This document shows, piece by piece, positions 13,221 to 21,954 of a stretch of 31,878 nt of DNA. The position numbers and the translations under genes were made by a program. Numbering within the stretch: the stretch's first letter is position 1; every line of letters starts with the position of its first letter. This stretch comes from a virus. The stretch lies in the IMG/VR virus record IMGVR_UViG_3300045988_091287; one strand, given 5' to 3'. The notes under the pieces are model-generated. The model was not told where the DNA came from and ran no database searches. It saw only the letters and a list, made by a program, of their open reading frames with translations.

Positions 13221-14609
13221 TTAAATAATGCAACAAGCCGGGGCGAGCCCGATACTGCCGTTCGCACTGGTGCTGATGATAGCTCCTGCCGGGTTGACGC
13301 CACGCACGTTGCTAGCGTTGCCAGTGTAAGGAGTACGCAGCCACCAATAGGATGGCGTGCCGTTACTTTGATACTTAATGCGGTTCGTGTCGTTGCCATC
13401 GTTTTTGCTCGCAAAGTCTGAGTAGTTTTTATAGTATGGGTACGCTGCACCCTCATCAACGCTATTTTCAAAATTTCCGTAAACTTCGGAACGTGAAAGC
13501 AAGAATATTTTCTCCGTGCTTGTTTTAGAACCTCCACCGTCAGTAAGTGTGTTGAGCGCCGTTACTTTCGTGACCTCGCCGAGAACTGAAATGAAATCGG
13601 GGTCTACGCCACGCAGAAAGCCGCTTTCAGTGTCTGCCCAGGACGGCTTGTGTGAAAACTTGCTCTGCCTCGTCCACGTTCCGCCAGGAGCGGCAGAGCT
13701 GTTAAGCCTCATTCTGAGATCACTCTCAGCCCAGTTGTTAGAGCCATAGCGAGCACGCTGAATGTGATTGAGGTCTGACACGGTGCCGTCTGCCGTTCCG
13801 AGCGACGTTCCCTCTGAGCCCTCCTGAACAGATACAGTTTCAATAACCGCACTAGCATTAGCATTAACATACGTCGAAACCTTTGTAGCTGACGCCTGCT
13901 GCTGATACGCCCACGGAAACATAATCTGACCCGCAGCGGGTACAGGTTTTGTAAGCGTAAACTGATATGTTTTGCCTCCGCCGTTTTCCATGTCATATCC
14001 CGCAGGCAATGTAAAATTGTATGTCCCCGCTGGAAGTTCCTCTCTAGCATAATATATAGCCTCCGTGTTGTCGAACTGTATGTTCTGATAGAGATCGTGA
14101 AGCTGCAATGTGAGAGAGTGCTTGAACTGACTATCGGCGGGTGTGTCGTGATCTATGCCGATTACATCAAATACAAGTTTGTTAGCCGTTTCGTGCACAA
14201 GCACCTCGTCGCCTGCTTTCGGTGTACCCGTTACTGTGATACCATACGCTGAAAGCTGTACAGGCTCACCATTGAAATGCCACTCAGCGCCGTTATATGA
14301 AAACTCATACTCCCCGTTGTGTGACGTACCTACCGCCGCTATGAACGTGTCTGCGGCTACTGTGGCACAAGCGGTAATGCCGCTTGTGCCCCCTGTGTTG
14401 CCGACGGTTGCAGTTATCGCAGTTTCTTTTTCGGCTATGATCTGATCGCCGATAGCAAACACCTTGTCTGCCATACCCGCTCTTACGATAGCCTGCACGT
14501 CTGCAAAGCTGTTAATTTTAAAACCGCCCGTGTTCGCTGCAATCGCAGCTACCGAACGAGCTATGCCCTGCATAGTGCTGTCTCTTACGAGGTCTATTGT
14601 TTCTGCCAT
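13221..14609 (-). CDS. DGR variable protein 1 (tail-fibre / receptor-binding-type protein with a C-terminal VR)
   Basis: 462 aa, the last gene of the tail module. The C-terminus ...SYWWLRTPYTGNASNVRGVNPAGAIISTSANGSIGLAPACCII is encoded by VR1. Confidence 0.85.
   Translation of the reverse strand: MAETIDLVRDSTMQGIARSVAAIAANTGGFKINSFADVQAIVRAGMADKVFAIGDQIIAEKETAITATVGNTGGTSGITACATVAADTFIAAVGTSHNGEYEFSYNGAEWHFNGEPVQLSAYGITVTGTPKAGDEVLVHETANKLVFDVIGIDHDTPADSQFKHSLTLQLHDLYQNIQFDNTEAIYYAREELPAGTYNFTLPAGYDMENGGGKTYQFTLTKPVPAAGQIMFPWAYQQQASATKVSTYVNANASAVIETVSVQEGSEGTSLGTADGTVSDLNHIQRARYGSNNWAESDLRMRLNSSAAPGGTWTRQSKFSHKPSWADTESGFLRGVDPDFISVLGEVTKVTALNTLTDGGGSKTSTEKIFLLSRSEVYGNFENSVDEGAAYPYYKNYSDFASKNDGNDTNRIKYQSNGTPSYWWLRTPYTGNASNVRGVNPAGAIISTSANGSIGLAPACCII
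13234..13346 (-). repeat. DGR variable repeat 1 (VR1)
   Basis: Same length as the TR (113 nt). All 13 mismatches fall at TR plus-strand T (coding-strand A). Confidence 0.9.
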
Positions 14610-14611
14610 TG

Positions 14612-14800
14612 TTATTCCTCCGTTTCTTTATATGTCAACGATAAACTTTTATCGCTGTTTACTGATAGTAAAAAATTCTTGTCGTGATAAATGTCTTTCA
14701 CGGCCTTTTCTGCTTCTGCTGCCGCTGCGTTTGCGGCTGTTGCTGCCGCATTAGCTGATTTTACGGTTTTCCTCGCAATAGCGGTTGCTTCTAAGTCCAT
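14612..14800 (-). CDS. Hypothetical small Ala-rich protein in the tail-fibre region
   Basis: 62-aa ORF tightly packed upstream of the DGR target. No motif recognised. Confidence 0.45.
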   Translation of the reverse strand: MDLEATAIARKTVKSANAAATAANAAAAEAEKAVKDIYHDKNFLLSVNSDKSLSLTYKETEE

Positions 14801-14815
14801 TATTTGTGCTGCCTC

Positions 14816-15013
14816 CTATATCTTTACCCAGGATAGAGCTTCACCGTCGAAAACGAAAACCTCGCCTGTGTCGATTTCAAAAAAAGTCGAGCCGTTTCCG
14901 ACTTTGTACCCGCATATCATATCCGTAGGCTTGGTATCGGTTGACTTTCCTCTAAGTTCCAGTATAGGCGCTCTGTCCGTGAGTGAAGTTGTCGCCTTGT
15001 ATATAGTTATCAC
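14816..15013 (-). CDS. Hypothetical small protein in the tail-fibre region
   Basis: 65-aa ORF with SD (aggagggttaatgtgATA context). No motif recognised. Confidence 0.45.
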   Translation of the reverse strand: MITIYKATTSLTDRAPILELRGKSTDTKPTDMICGYKVGNGSTFFEIDTGEVFVFDGEALSWVKI

Positions 15014-15024
15014 ATTAACCCTCC

Positions 15025-15705
15025 TTATAACGTTTCACATACGGCATAAGGCTTGCCGTCGGTTATTCTTAGTTTAACAATGAACGTTGCTCCAGTATCA
15101 TTATTTTTAAGAGCTATGCCGTCAATAACATCACCTACGATCTCAGCGGCTTTATTAGCCCGCTCAGTTGCGGCATTAGCGGTAGCTATTACTGTATTGA
15201 CTGCTCCTGTAAGGCTTTCTCTTGCCGTGTCTGCATTATCGGCGGCAGAGTTCGCCTTGCTTGCGGCGGCTGAGGCTATATCAACAGCTTTGCTCGCTTC
15301 ATTCAAAGCCTCAGCAAGCGCCTTATACTCATTCGTAGACGTTATCTCGTCGTCTGATACTGCCGAGCGCTGCACCGCAATATAGAAATACTGCGTTGTA
15401 AGTAGTGAGCTTTCTTTGTACAGAGATATTTCAGCGATAACATAGCCTTCAACTGCTAGTATCTGTTCTGTGAGTTCTGCTACGATTACGTTATTTTCAA
15501 TAGTAGCGTTGTTGAATACTGCTTTCTTATCTGCCTTAACCGCTCTTATTCGTGCTGTAATACCGCTGTCAAGCGTATACGGCTTACCGTTATCTGTTAT
15601 CGTAATATTAACGTAGCGGCTGCTGCTGTCACCTTGCTTGGCGAATACTATCGGCGGAGCTGTCGAACGTGAAACATCAAGCGATATGCTTGTTGAACTT
15701 TTCAT
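15025..15705 (-). CDS. BppU-like baseplate upper protein (N-terminal Ig-like domain) with an Ala-rich coiled coil
   Basis: N-terminus ISLDVSRSTAPPIVFAKQGDSSSRYVNITITDNGKPYTLDSGITARIRAVKAD... resembles the BppU_N pattern. Located after Tal. Confidence 0.6.
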   Translation of the reverse strand: MKSSTSISLDVSRSTAPPIVFAKQGDSSSRYVNITITDNGKPYTLDSGITARIRAVKADKKAVFNNATIENNVIVAELTEQILAVEGYVIAEISLYKESSLLTTQYFYIAVQRSAVSDDEITSTNEYKALAEALNEASKAVDIASAAASKANSAADNADTARESLTGAVNTVIATANAATERANKAAEIVGDVIDGIALKNNDTGATFIVKLRITDGKPYAVCETL

Positions 15706-15710
15706 ATAAG

Positions 15711-16082
15711 TTAGTCCTCCTCAATCATAAAAGAAAGTGCGTCAATAGCGCTAAGAGGCATTTCTCTTTCTGCTATATCAGATAGCTTTATTGTTGATAT
15801 TTCCACCTCTGAAAGCTCTAAAGCTATATCATTTATAGCCTCGCATATCTCATTGAATGCTTTCGGGTCGTCTTTGGCTGAAACACTTGTTTTGCCGCCC
15901 GCCTTATTCTTTATGATCTCATCACGAGATAAAACGAACGGCTCTAATGCCCGCTCTATCGCAATTTTGTTTTTGATAATAGCGTATGATGTTTTGGACG
16001 GCAATTCGATTTTCTGCTTGATTAACGTTTTGATCTGCTCTAGCTTCTGCTCGAGTTCAGCGTTTGATTTCTTGATTTTCAT
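15711..16082 (-). CDS. Hypothetical tail-module protein (123 aa)
   Basis: ORF directly downstream of Tal. No confident family. Confidence 0.5.
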   Translation of the reverse strand: MKIKKSNAELEQKLEQIKTLIKQKIELPSKTSYAIIKNKIAIERALEPFVLSRDEIIKNKAGGKTSVSAKDDPKAFNEICEAINDIALELSEVEISTIKLSDIAEREMPLSAIDALSFMIEED

Positions 16083-16083
16083 A

Positions 16084-19056
16084 TTATCCCGCCTTTTCGA
16101 TATTGATTATTCTGTTTTCGAGGTCTTTAATGTATGCTAGCAACAACGGTACAAATTCCTCGTATCTGAGCGCATATTCTTTTCCGTCGCCGTCTACATC
16201 AACGAATGCAGCGAACTCAGAGGCGCTAATACCTGCTTTTTTCATAGCTTCAAGCACGTTTTGTGCCGTGAAGCCTGTGTGTGTTCTGCCGCTTAACGCT
16301 ATATCGCTTGTATAATTGAACGATACAGGCGTTATATTTTTTATAACGCTTAAATATCGTTCGGAAAGTGGAACGATATTTTCTTTTTTTCGTTCGTCGG
16401 ACGTTACGGCAACGGGCGAGCCGTTAGCATAGATGTTTGAGCCCACAAGTTTGAGGTTATAAGCGTCCATACCAACAAATAAGCCATTACCATTGACCCA
16501 CCTAAATGCTATCGTTCCTGTGCAGCATATCCCGTAGCCGTCGTCGATATCAAGATAACCTTTCCGAATATAAAGGCTGTGATTTTGCACCCAGGTGTCA
16601 CACCGCATTGTTATTGAGTTTCCGACAACGTAAGTGTTACAGCTATTAGCGGTAATGCCGAGATATAATCCCGCTCCGTATGTTGCATTGTTGTTCCAAT
16701 ACCTAAGCCCAGTGTTCCCGCCCCATGCAACGCCGACGTTATCATCAAAATTAAGCAAGCTTTTGATTTTTCCGTTGCCAAACTTAATATCGCCATAGAA
16801 ATAATGCCTGCAATCCATATCAGTTGCCGCACTTTGAATATTGCACTTATAATATGTTTCCCAGCCGTTATCATATGCACCACCTAGGGTTATGCCATGA
16901 TAATTACCCGAAGCCATAATTCCAAGTTGATAGTAAGTGTTGCTATACCCAACAGGGGTGATATATGCAAGTCGTTTATTATCTCTGAAAAATTCAAGCT
17001 GATTTCCGTGCACATATAAGTACGTTAAATCGGTAGTTGCGGTTGTAAGAGATCCTGTAATCGTTGCACTGTTTAACGTTGCACTTTTTGCCGTTATAGT
17101 TCCATTGGCGGTGAGCTTAAAATTGTCGCTTTCAACAACAAACCTGTTAGAAGTAAGCTTGATCGTTCCTGCTGATTGATTTATCTCGGATACAAGATTA
17201 GACTTGCTCACCTTAAGAGATATGCTCTGCGAGTTCTGCGTTATCGACGATTGCATAGTATTCATTGTCGATTGCATATTGTTTACAGTAGCTTTAGTAG
17301 CGTATGTCGTGCTTACAGTTTGTGTTATATTGTTTTCTGATACTTCAATAGCTGCTGTTACGTCCTCTGTCTTAGCGTAGCTTTCAAGAGTTTGGCTTAC
17401 GGATAATGTGATACTATCAGCAGTTTGACTTATAAGCGTTTTGAGTGAGCTTTCAGCCGTTGATATGGCGTCAGTGTAGCTCGTTGTGATCGTGCTTTTT
17501 AACTCTTCGTCCGCAAGCTTGAAAGCCTGCTCGACGCTTTCTTTTGCGCCGGTTATGTTGTCCTCAATGGATTTTTTAAAACTCTGAGATATGGCGTTCG
17601 CCTGTACGCTATCAGCCGCAAGGAGTGCTCCATTAAGTGTGCCCACCGTTATGAAGTCTGCTACTATTGCGCCGTTCATTGTTATAGCAAGCCCATAATC
17701 GCCGTTATACCCGTTTTTTGAGTAGCCTAAGCCCGCTGAGTTCCAGCGCCACACACGGACGGCGCTTTCAATGTCGGGGCTATCAAGTATAAGTATTTCC
17801 TGCGGGCTTTCCGCAGGGTGTAAAACTACATAGCCGCCGCTGTTGCCTGTTATAAGGTTTGTCGCATTTTTTATGGCCTCTTTGAGCTCTGTTGACGCAT
17901 TTGCAAGCCCCTTTTTCACAAGCGTGGTAATTCCCGCTATTGCCTTATTCTGATCTAAGACAGTTTGAGCAAAGTTGCTCTTAGCGTCACCGAGCTCGAT
18001 TGACTTGTATTTCTCGGCTAATACGTCATATACAGTCTTAATTACCTTGGCTTTTGCTGATACGCCGAGCTTTGCAAATTTAACGGTTACAGTATCGCAG
18101 AGCTTAACTTTTTCAAGTGGCGCAATATTTTTGTATTCCTCAGTCTGCCACAACGAAACAAAAGAGGCAGTAATGCTTACGCTCGGAACTCCGAGGCTTG
18201 TGTGTGCTTTCAAATACGTTTCCGCTTTTGTGCGGAGTGTTGCCGGTGTTATCTCGTCTCCCTCTGAAAACTGATCGGAAAGATTTATGATATACGCCTT
18301 TTTATGTCCGAGTTCCGCCGCCTCATTGATCGGCAATACTTTGTCTTTGAGATATACGAATTTGTCCTCTGATGTAGTTTTACCGTTGCCGTCGTCTTTC
18401 TGCTCTGTATAAGTAGCATATGGCATTATGTGAGTATACGTTGCTGTTATATTTTTATCTTGCTTAATGTCAGTTAAGTTCTTGCCGTACTCGATCGTTA
18501 CGCCCGTGTCTGAGCCTCTATGTGAGTGTAGCTTTATAACGTAATTATCAAACTCGTACTCGCCGCCCCATATATCAAGCACCGAGCCTTGTTGACCCCC
18601 GAGGGCAGCTCTGATTGAACACGGCTCGGAAAGGTCAATAGTATTGAGCGTTGCTATATCGCTTAATGCTTTAAACTTGCTCTCGAAAGCACCGTCAGAT
18701 ATAGCTTTTGTGATAGCCATTTGAGCGGTAGCCGATTTAAGCTTAAGCTCTGCAATCGGTATGCCGTTGAGATCGTAGCTTATATGCTCTGCTTTAATTG
18801 ATACAATGCCGTTAAGTGGCTTTGAGCAACTATATATACGGAACAACTGAGGGTCGCTTGTGTCATTAGCCTTGCATTTGATGATGTTGCCCTCGTTTAT
18901 GTACGCATATATATTGCCCGTTATAGGATAGCTGATTGACAGCTCATACGAGCCGTTTCTTTCTTCGGTGACTTCGCACGATATAGCGTCGGTAAGAAAA
19001 CCTATGCCGTTTCTTGTGAAATTTTCCTCTGATTTATCATATAAAATAGGAATCAT
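16084..19056 (-). CDS. Tail-associated lysin/tip protein (Tal) fused to a fibre region with a C-terminal S74 intramolecular chaperone domain
   Basis: Prophage-tail-type N-terminus MIPILYDKSEENFTRNGIGFL. The last 105 aa, SDERKKENIVPLS...HTGFTAQNV...YEEFVPLLLAYIKDLENRI, match the S74 auto-processing chaperone pattern. ATG 19056 overlaps the Dit stop (ATGA). Confidence 0.8.
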   Translation of the reverse strand: MIPILYDKSEENFTRNGIGFLTDAISCEVTEERNGSYELSISYPITGNIYAYINEGNIIKCKANDTSDPQLFRIYSCSKPLNGIVSIKAEHISYDLNGIPIAELKLKSATAQMAITKAISDGAFESKFKALSDIATLNTIDLSEPCSIRAALGGQQGSVLDIWGGEYEFDNYVIKLHSHRGSDTGVTIEYGKNLTDIKQDKNITATYTHIMPYATYTEQKDDGNGKTTSEDKFVYLKDKVLPINEAAELGHKKAYIINLSDQFSEGDEITPATLRTKAETYLKAHTSLGVPSVSITASFVSLWQTEEYKNIAPLEKVKLCDTVTVKFAKLGVSAKAKVIKTVYDVLAEKYKSIELGDAKSNFAQTVLDQNKAIAGITTLVKKGLANASTELKEAIKNATNLITGNSGGYVVLHPAESPQEILILDSPDIESAVRVWRWNSAGLGYSKNGYNGDYGLAITMNGAIVADFITVGTLNGALLAADSVQANAISQSFKKSIEDNITGAKESVEQAFKLADEELKSTITTSYTDAISTAESSLKTLISQTADSITLSVSQTLESYAKTEDVTAAIEVSENNITQTVSTTYATKATVNNMQSTMNTMQSSITQNSQSISLKVSKSNLVSEINQSAGTIKLTSNRFVVESDNFKLTANGTITAKSATLNSATITGSLTTATTDLTYLYVHGNQLEFFRDNKRLAYITPVGYSNTYYQLGIMASGNYHGITLGGAYDNGWETYYKCNIQSAATDMDCRHYFYGDIKFGNGKIKSLLNFDDNVGVAWGGNTGLRYWNNNATYGAGLYLGITANSCNTYVVGNSITMRCDTWVQNHSLYIRKGYLDIDDGYGICCTGTIAFRWVNGNGLFVGMDAYNLKLVGSNIYANGSPVAVTSDERKKENIVPLSERYLSVIKNITPVSFNYTSDIALSGRTHTGFTAQNVLEAMKKAGISASEFAAFVDVDGDGKEYALRYEEFVPLLLAYIKDLENRIINIEKAG

Positions 19057-19781
19057 AACGTACACCACCTTGGCACGATTTCGGCTTTTGTTACTGAGCC
19101 AGTAAAGCTTATAGCGTTAGTACCTGGAGAAAGTATCGGGAAACCGTCACCGCTCATTACGTTGTTTTGCAAACTTTGACCCTTGTATGCGTTCATTGTT
19201 TCGCTGTCTATTTCGATGTAGTCGGACACATTTTCAAAGGTGAATGTGTCTGAGTTTATATGCAATGAAATATTACCGCTGCCGTATATCTTGATATATG
19301 GCTTTGCGGCGAGCATTTCCGCATTTTCTAGCGTTGCGCCGCCGCTTGGTATTTCGACAGCAGTTTGACCCTCGAACGAATAGCGATACGGCTTGCAGTT
19401 AAAACTTATAGAACATTCTCCGTAATTTCGTAGCTCCTCTTTAATGTCTACACCACCGCTATATGAGCCATATCTAAAATATCTTACATCGTAGCTATCC
19501 CAAAGCTGAGCGTACCTGCTATCAGAGAGCAGCCAGTTCTTGACCTCACTCACGAGCTCGTCAAAGCCCCTTGCGTCACGCTTAACCAAACATAGTTCAT
19601 AGGGGATTGTTACATTAAGATAGCGGCCGTTGTCTTGAATAAGGTCTCCGTTTCGTCCTGGAACACTTGTAAACGTCACATCTCTTGCAGGCGCATTGTA
19701 TGAGCCTTTGCTTTTGATTATTAAGTTAAAATCAAGGGAGCTCTTTCCCTTGAAATATAAAAACGGTAATTTTACACTCAA
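19053..19781 (-). CDS. Distal tail protein (Dit, siphovirus tail component)
   Basis: LPFLYFKGKSSLDFNLIIKS...FTSVPGRNGDLIQDNGRYLNVTIPYEL. Located between the TMP and Tal. Confidence 0.75.
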   Translation of the reverse strand: MSVKLPFLYFKGKSSLDFNLIIKSKGSYNAPARDVTFTSVPGRNGDLIQDNGRYLNVTIPYELCLVKRDARGFDELVSEVKNWLLSDSRYAQLWDSYDVRYFRYGSYSGGVDIKEELRNYGECSISFNCKPYRYSFEGQTAVEIPSGGATLENAEMLAAKPYIKIYGSGNISLHINSDTFTFENVSDYIEIDSETMNAYKGQSLQNNVMSGDGFPILSPGTNAISFTGSVTKAEIVPRWCTL

Positions 19782-21949
19782 CCGAAAACAGCTCCCTTTC
19801 TTTTAATTATTTCTTCTATTTGTTGTAGGATATACTCTATAAATTCGTCTATATCCTTTTCTGTCTTATTCTCGATGTTCTCGATATTGACAGAAACATT
19901 AACATTTACTTGCGGTTTACTTTCTGTTTGAGCGGTAGAGCTTTTCCGCTCCTGGTATTCTTCACGCTCTGAGGCTGTGAGTACCTGTTCGCCCTTATGC
20001 AGTAATGCGGGGTATTCATCATATGGTACATAATCAAGACCTATTCGCAGCCGTGATATATTCGGAATATTAAGACTATATCCACCCACGCCCGGCACCC
20101 AGTCGGGTATTTCGAGCGAGTTAATGCCGTTGATAAATCCGTTTATACCATCTATGATCCAGTTTATCGGAGCTTTGAAGAGTTCTCCAATACCCGAAAA
20201 AATGTTGCCGAATATGTCTACAATGTTTTGCCATGCACCACGCCAATTTCCAGTAAAAACATTCTTGACGAAATCAATAATGCTATTAAAAATCTCCTTG
20301 GCACTATTGAATACTGTTTTAATACTTTCAAATGCGCCCTTAAATCGGTCACTGATAGTGCTTGATACCGCTTTGAAAGCCGCCTCAAGAGGAGGTAATA
20401 GTGCCTCGAACAAATACTTGATAACGTCCATAAGCGGCGGCAACAGGCTTTCAAGCAGCGTTGTGATCGGTTCGAGGATATTTACGAGCAAGTCAAGCAA
20501 CGGCTGCAATGCAGGCAGTAACGTGTTAAGTAGGTCGATAAGTACAGGCAGTATAGCGTTTATTATCTCTGTAACAAGCGGCAATACTGAGTTTATAAGC
20601 TCTATCAGTACGGGCAATATATTGTCTACCACCGATTGAATAAACGGCATAAGAGCGTCAAATAACTGCAATAATACAGGCAATATAGCCTCTATAATCT
20701 GCATTGCAAGCGGCAATATAGCGTTAATGAGCTCAATCAACAGCGGCATTACTGTGTCTACAATTTGAACTAATATAGGCAAGAGTGACTGCGCAACTTG
20801 TAGAATTACAGGCAGAATTGTTTCAACTATTTGTATTGCTGTCGGCAGAATAGCTTGTAAAAGCTCTATAAGTACCGGCAGTATAGTTTCAAGTATCTGC
20901 ATGAATATCGGTATAACGTCCGTTATCAGCGATACCACCGACGGCAGGACAGTTTGTGCAACTTCAAGCAATGGCGGCACAAGCTGTTGAATGAACGTTA
21001 CGAGAACAGGCAGAACAGCTTGTATAATGCTTTGTAGTGGAGGCACTAGTGTTTGTATCGCGGTTAATAGAATTGGAAAGATTGTTTTCGCCAGTTCGAA
21101 TAAGGGCGGTATAGCACTATCAAATACTTCTGTAACAACAGGAACAAGCTGTTCTACGAGAGATTGTACTTTCGGCAAGCCCGCTATAAGCATATCGGCG
21201 AATTTCTGTATTATAGGAATTGCCGCCGCTCCTATTTGATTTTTAAACCCGTTGAGTGCGTCTTTAACGTTAGCTATGGTATCACCGAGCTTAACACCCG
21301 CCTTAACTGTATCTTCGGACATTACTATGCCTAAATCGTCGGCTTCTTGTTTTAAGTCCTTAATACCGTCTGAGCCTGCATTAAGCAGAGGCAGCATTTC
21401 CGTGTACGTTTTGCCTAGTAGGTCATTTCCGATAGCGTTTCGCTCTGCGCCCTCTTCCATATCAGCTAATGCCGCTGTTATGGCGTCGAATTGCTGCTCT
21501 GTTGTCATTCCGTTAAGGTCGTCAAGAGACAGTCCTAGACGTTCTAATGCAGTCTGAGCAGTAGCCGAGCCTTGATTAGCGCTATCTATGGTATCAGTCA
21601 TTTTCTTGATACCATTTTTGAAACTATCTACACTAGCACCGCTTTGATCGGCTGCGTGTTTCCACCTTTGCAGTTCTTCTCGGTTTATCCCTGTTCTTTC
21701 TGAGAGCTTGTCTATGTAGTCCGCCTGTTCGGCTGTTGACATAGCCATTTTATAAGCTGAACCGCCGAGAGCCGTTGCTCCTGCGATAGTTGCCGTTCCC
21801 ATTGTGACAGCGGCCTTGCCAATCGTTCCGAATGCCTTTCCGATTTTTGACCCTGCACTCTCACCTTTTTGTGTTGTTTTGTCTATTTCTTCGTTAGCTT
21901 TCTTGTTGTCAATGAAGATTTCACCGAAAAGAGAGAATATGCTTGCCAC
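19778..21949 (-). CDS. Tape measure protein
   Basis: 723 aa, downstream of the G/GT chaperone, with a long helical region of 11-residue repeats. Confidence 0.9.
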   Translation of the reverse strand: MASIFSLFGEIFIDNKKANEEIDKTTQKGESAGSKIGKAFGTIGKAAVTMGTATIAGATALGGSAYKMAMSTAEQADYIDKLSERTGINREELQRWKHAADQSGASVDSFKNGIKKMTDTIDSANQGSATAQTALERLGLSLDDLNGMTTEQQFDAITAALADMEEGAERNAIGNDLLGKTYTEMLPLLNAGSDGIKDLKQEADDLGIVMSEDTVKAGVKLGDTIANVKDALNGFKNQIGAAAIPIIQKFADMLIAGLPKVQSLVEQLVPVVTEVFDSAIPPLFELAKTIFPILLTAIQTLVPPLQSIIQAVLPVLVTFIQQLVPPLLEVAQTVLPSVVSLITDVIPIFMQILETILPVLIELLQAILPTAIQIVETILPVILQVAQSLLPILVQIVDTVMPLLIELINAILPLAMQIIEAILPVLLQLFDALMPFIQSVVDNILPVLIELINSVLPLVTEIINAILPVLIDLLNTLLPALQPLLDLLVNILEPITTLLESLLPPLMDVIKYLFEALLPPLEAAFKAVSSTISDRFKGAFESIKTVFNSAKEIFNSIIDFVKNVFTGNWRGAWQNIVDIFGNIFSGIGELFKAPINWIIDGINGFINGINSLEIPDWVPGVGGYSLNIPNISRLRIGLDYVPYDEYPALLHKGEQVLTASEREEYQERKSSTAQTESKPQVNVNVSVNIENIENKTEKDIDEFIEYILQQIEEIIKRKGAVFG
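20380..21226 (-). repeat. About 20-24 tandem degenerate 33-nt (11-aa) repeats inside the tape measure gene
   Basis: Example protein blocks: AIPPLFELAKT, IFPILLTAIQT, LVPPLQSIIQA, VLPVLVTFIQQ and so on, with (I/L/V)(L/V/I)P recurring every 11 residues. Boundaries are approximate. Confidence 0.7.
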
Positions 21950-21954
21950 GCTGA

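Larger units (their letters stand above)
11421..14609 (-). mobile_element. DGR core cassette (variable protein 1 with VR1 - avd - TR - spacer - RT)
   Basis: Gene order plus the TR/VR relationship, detailed in the findings. Confidence 0.9.
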
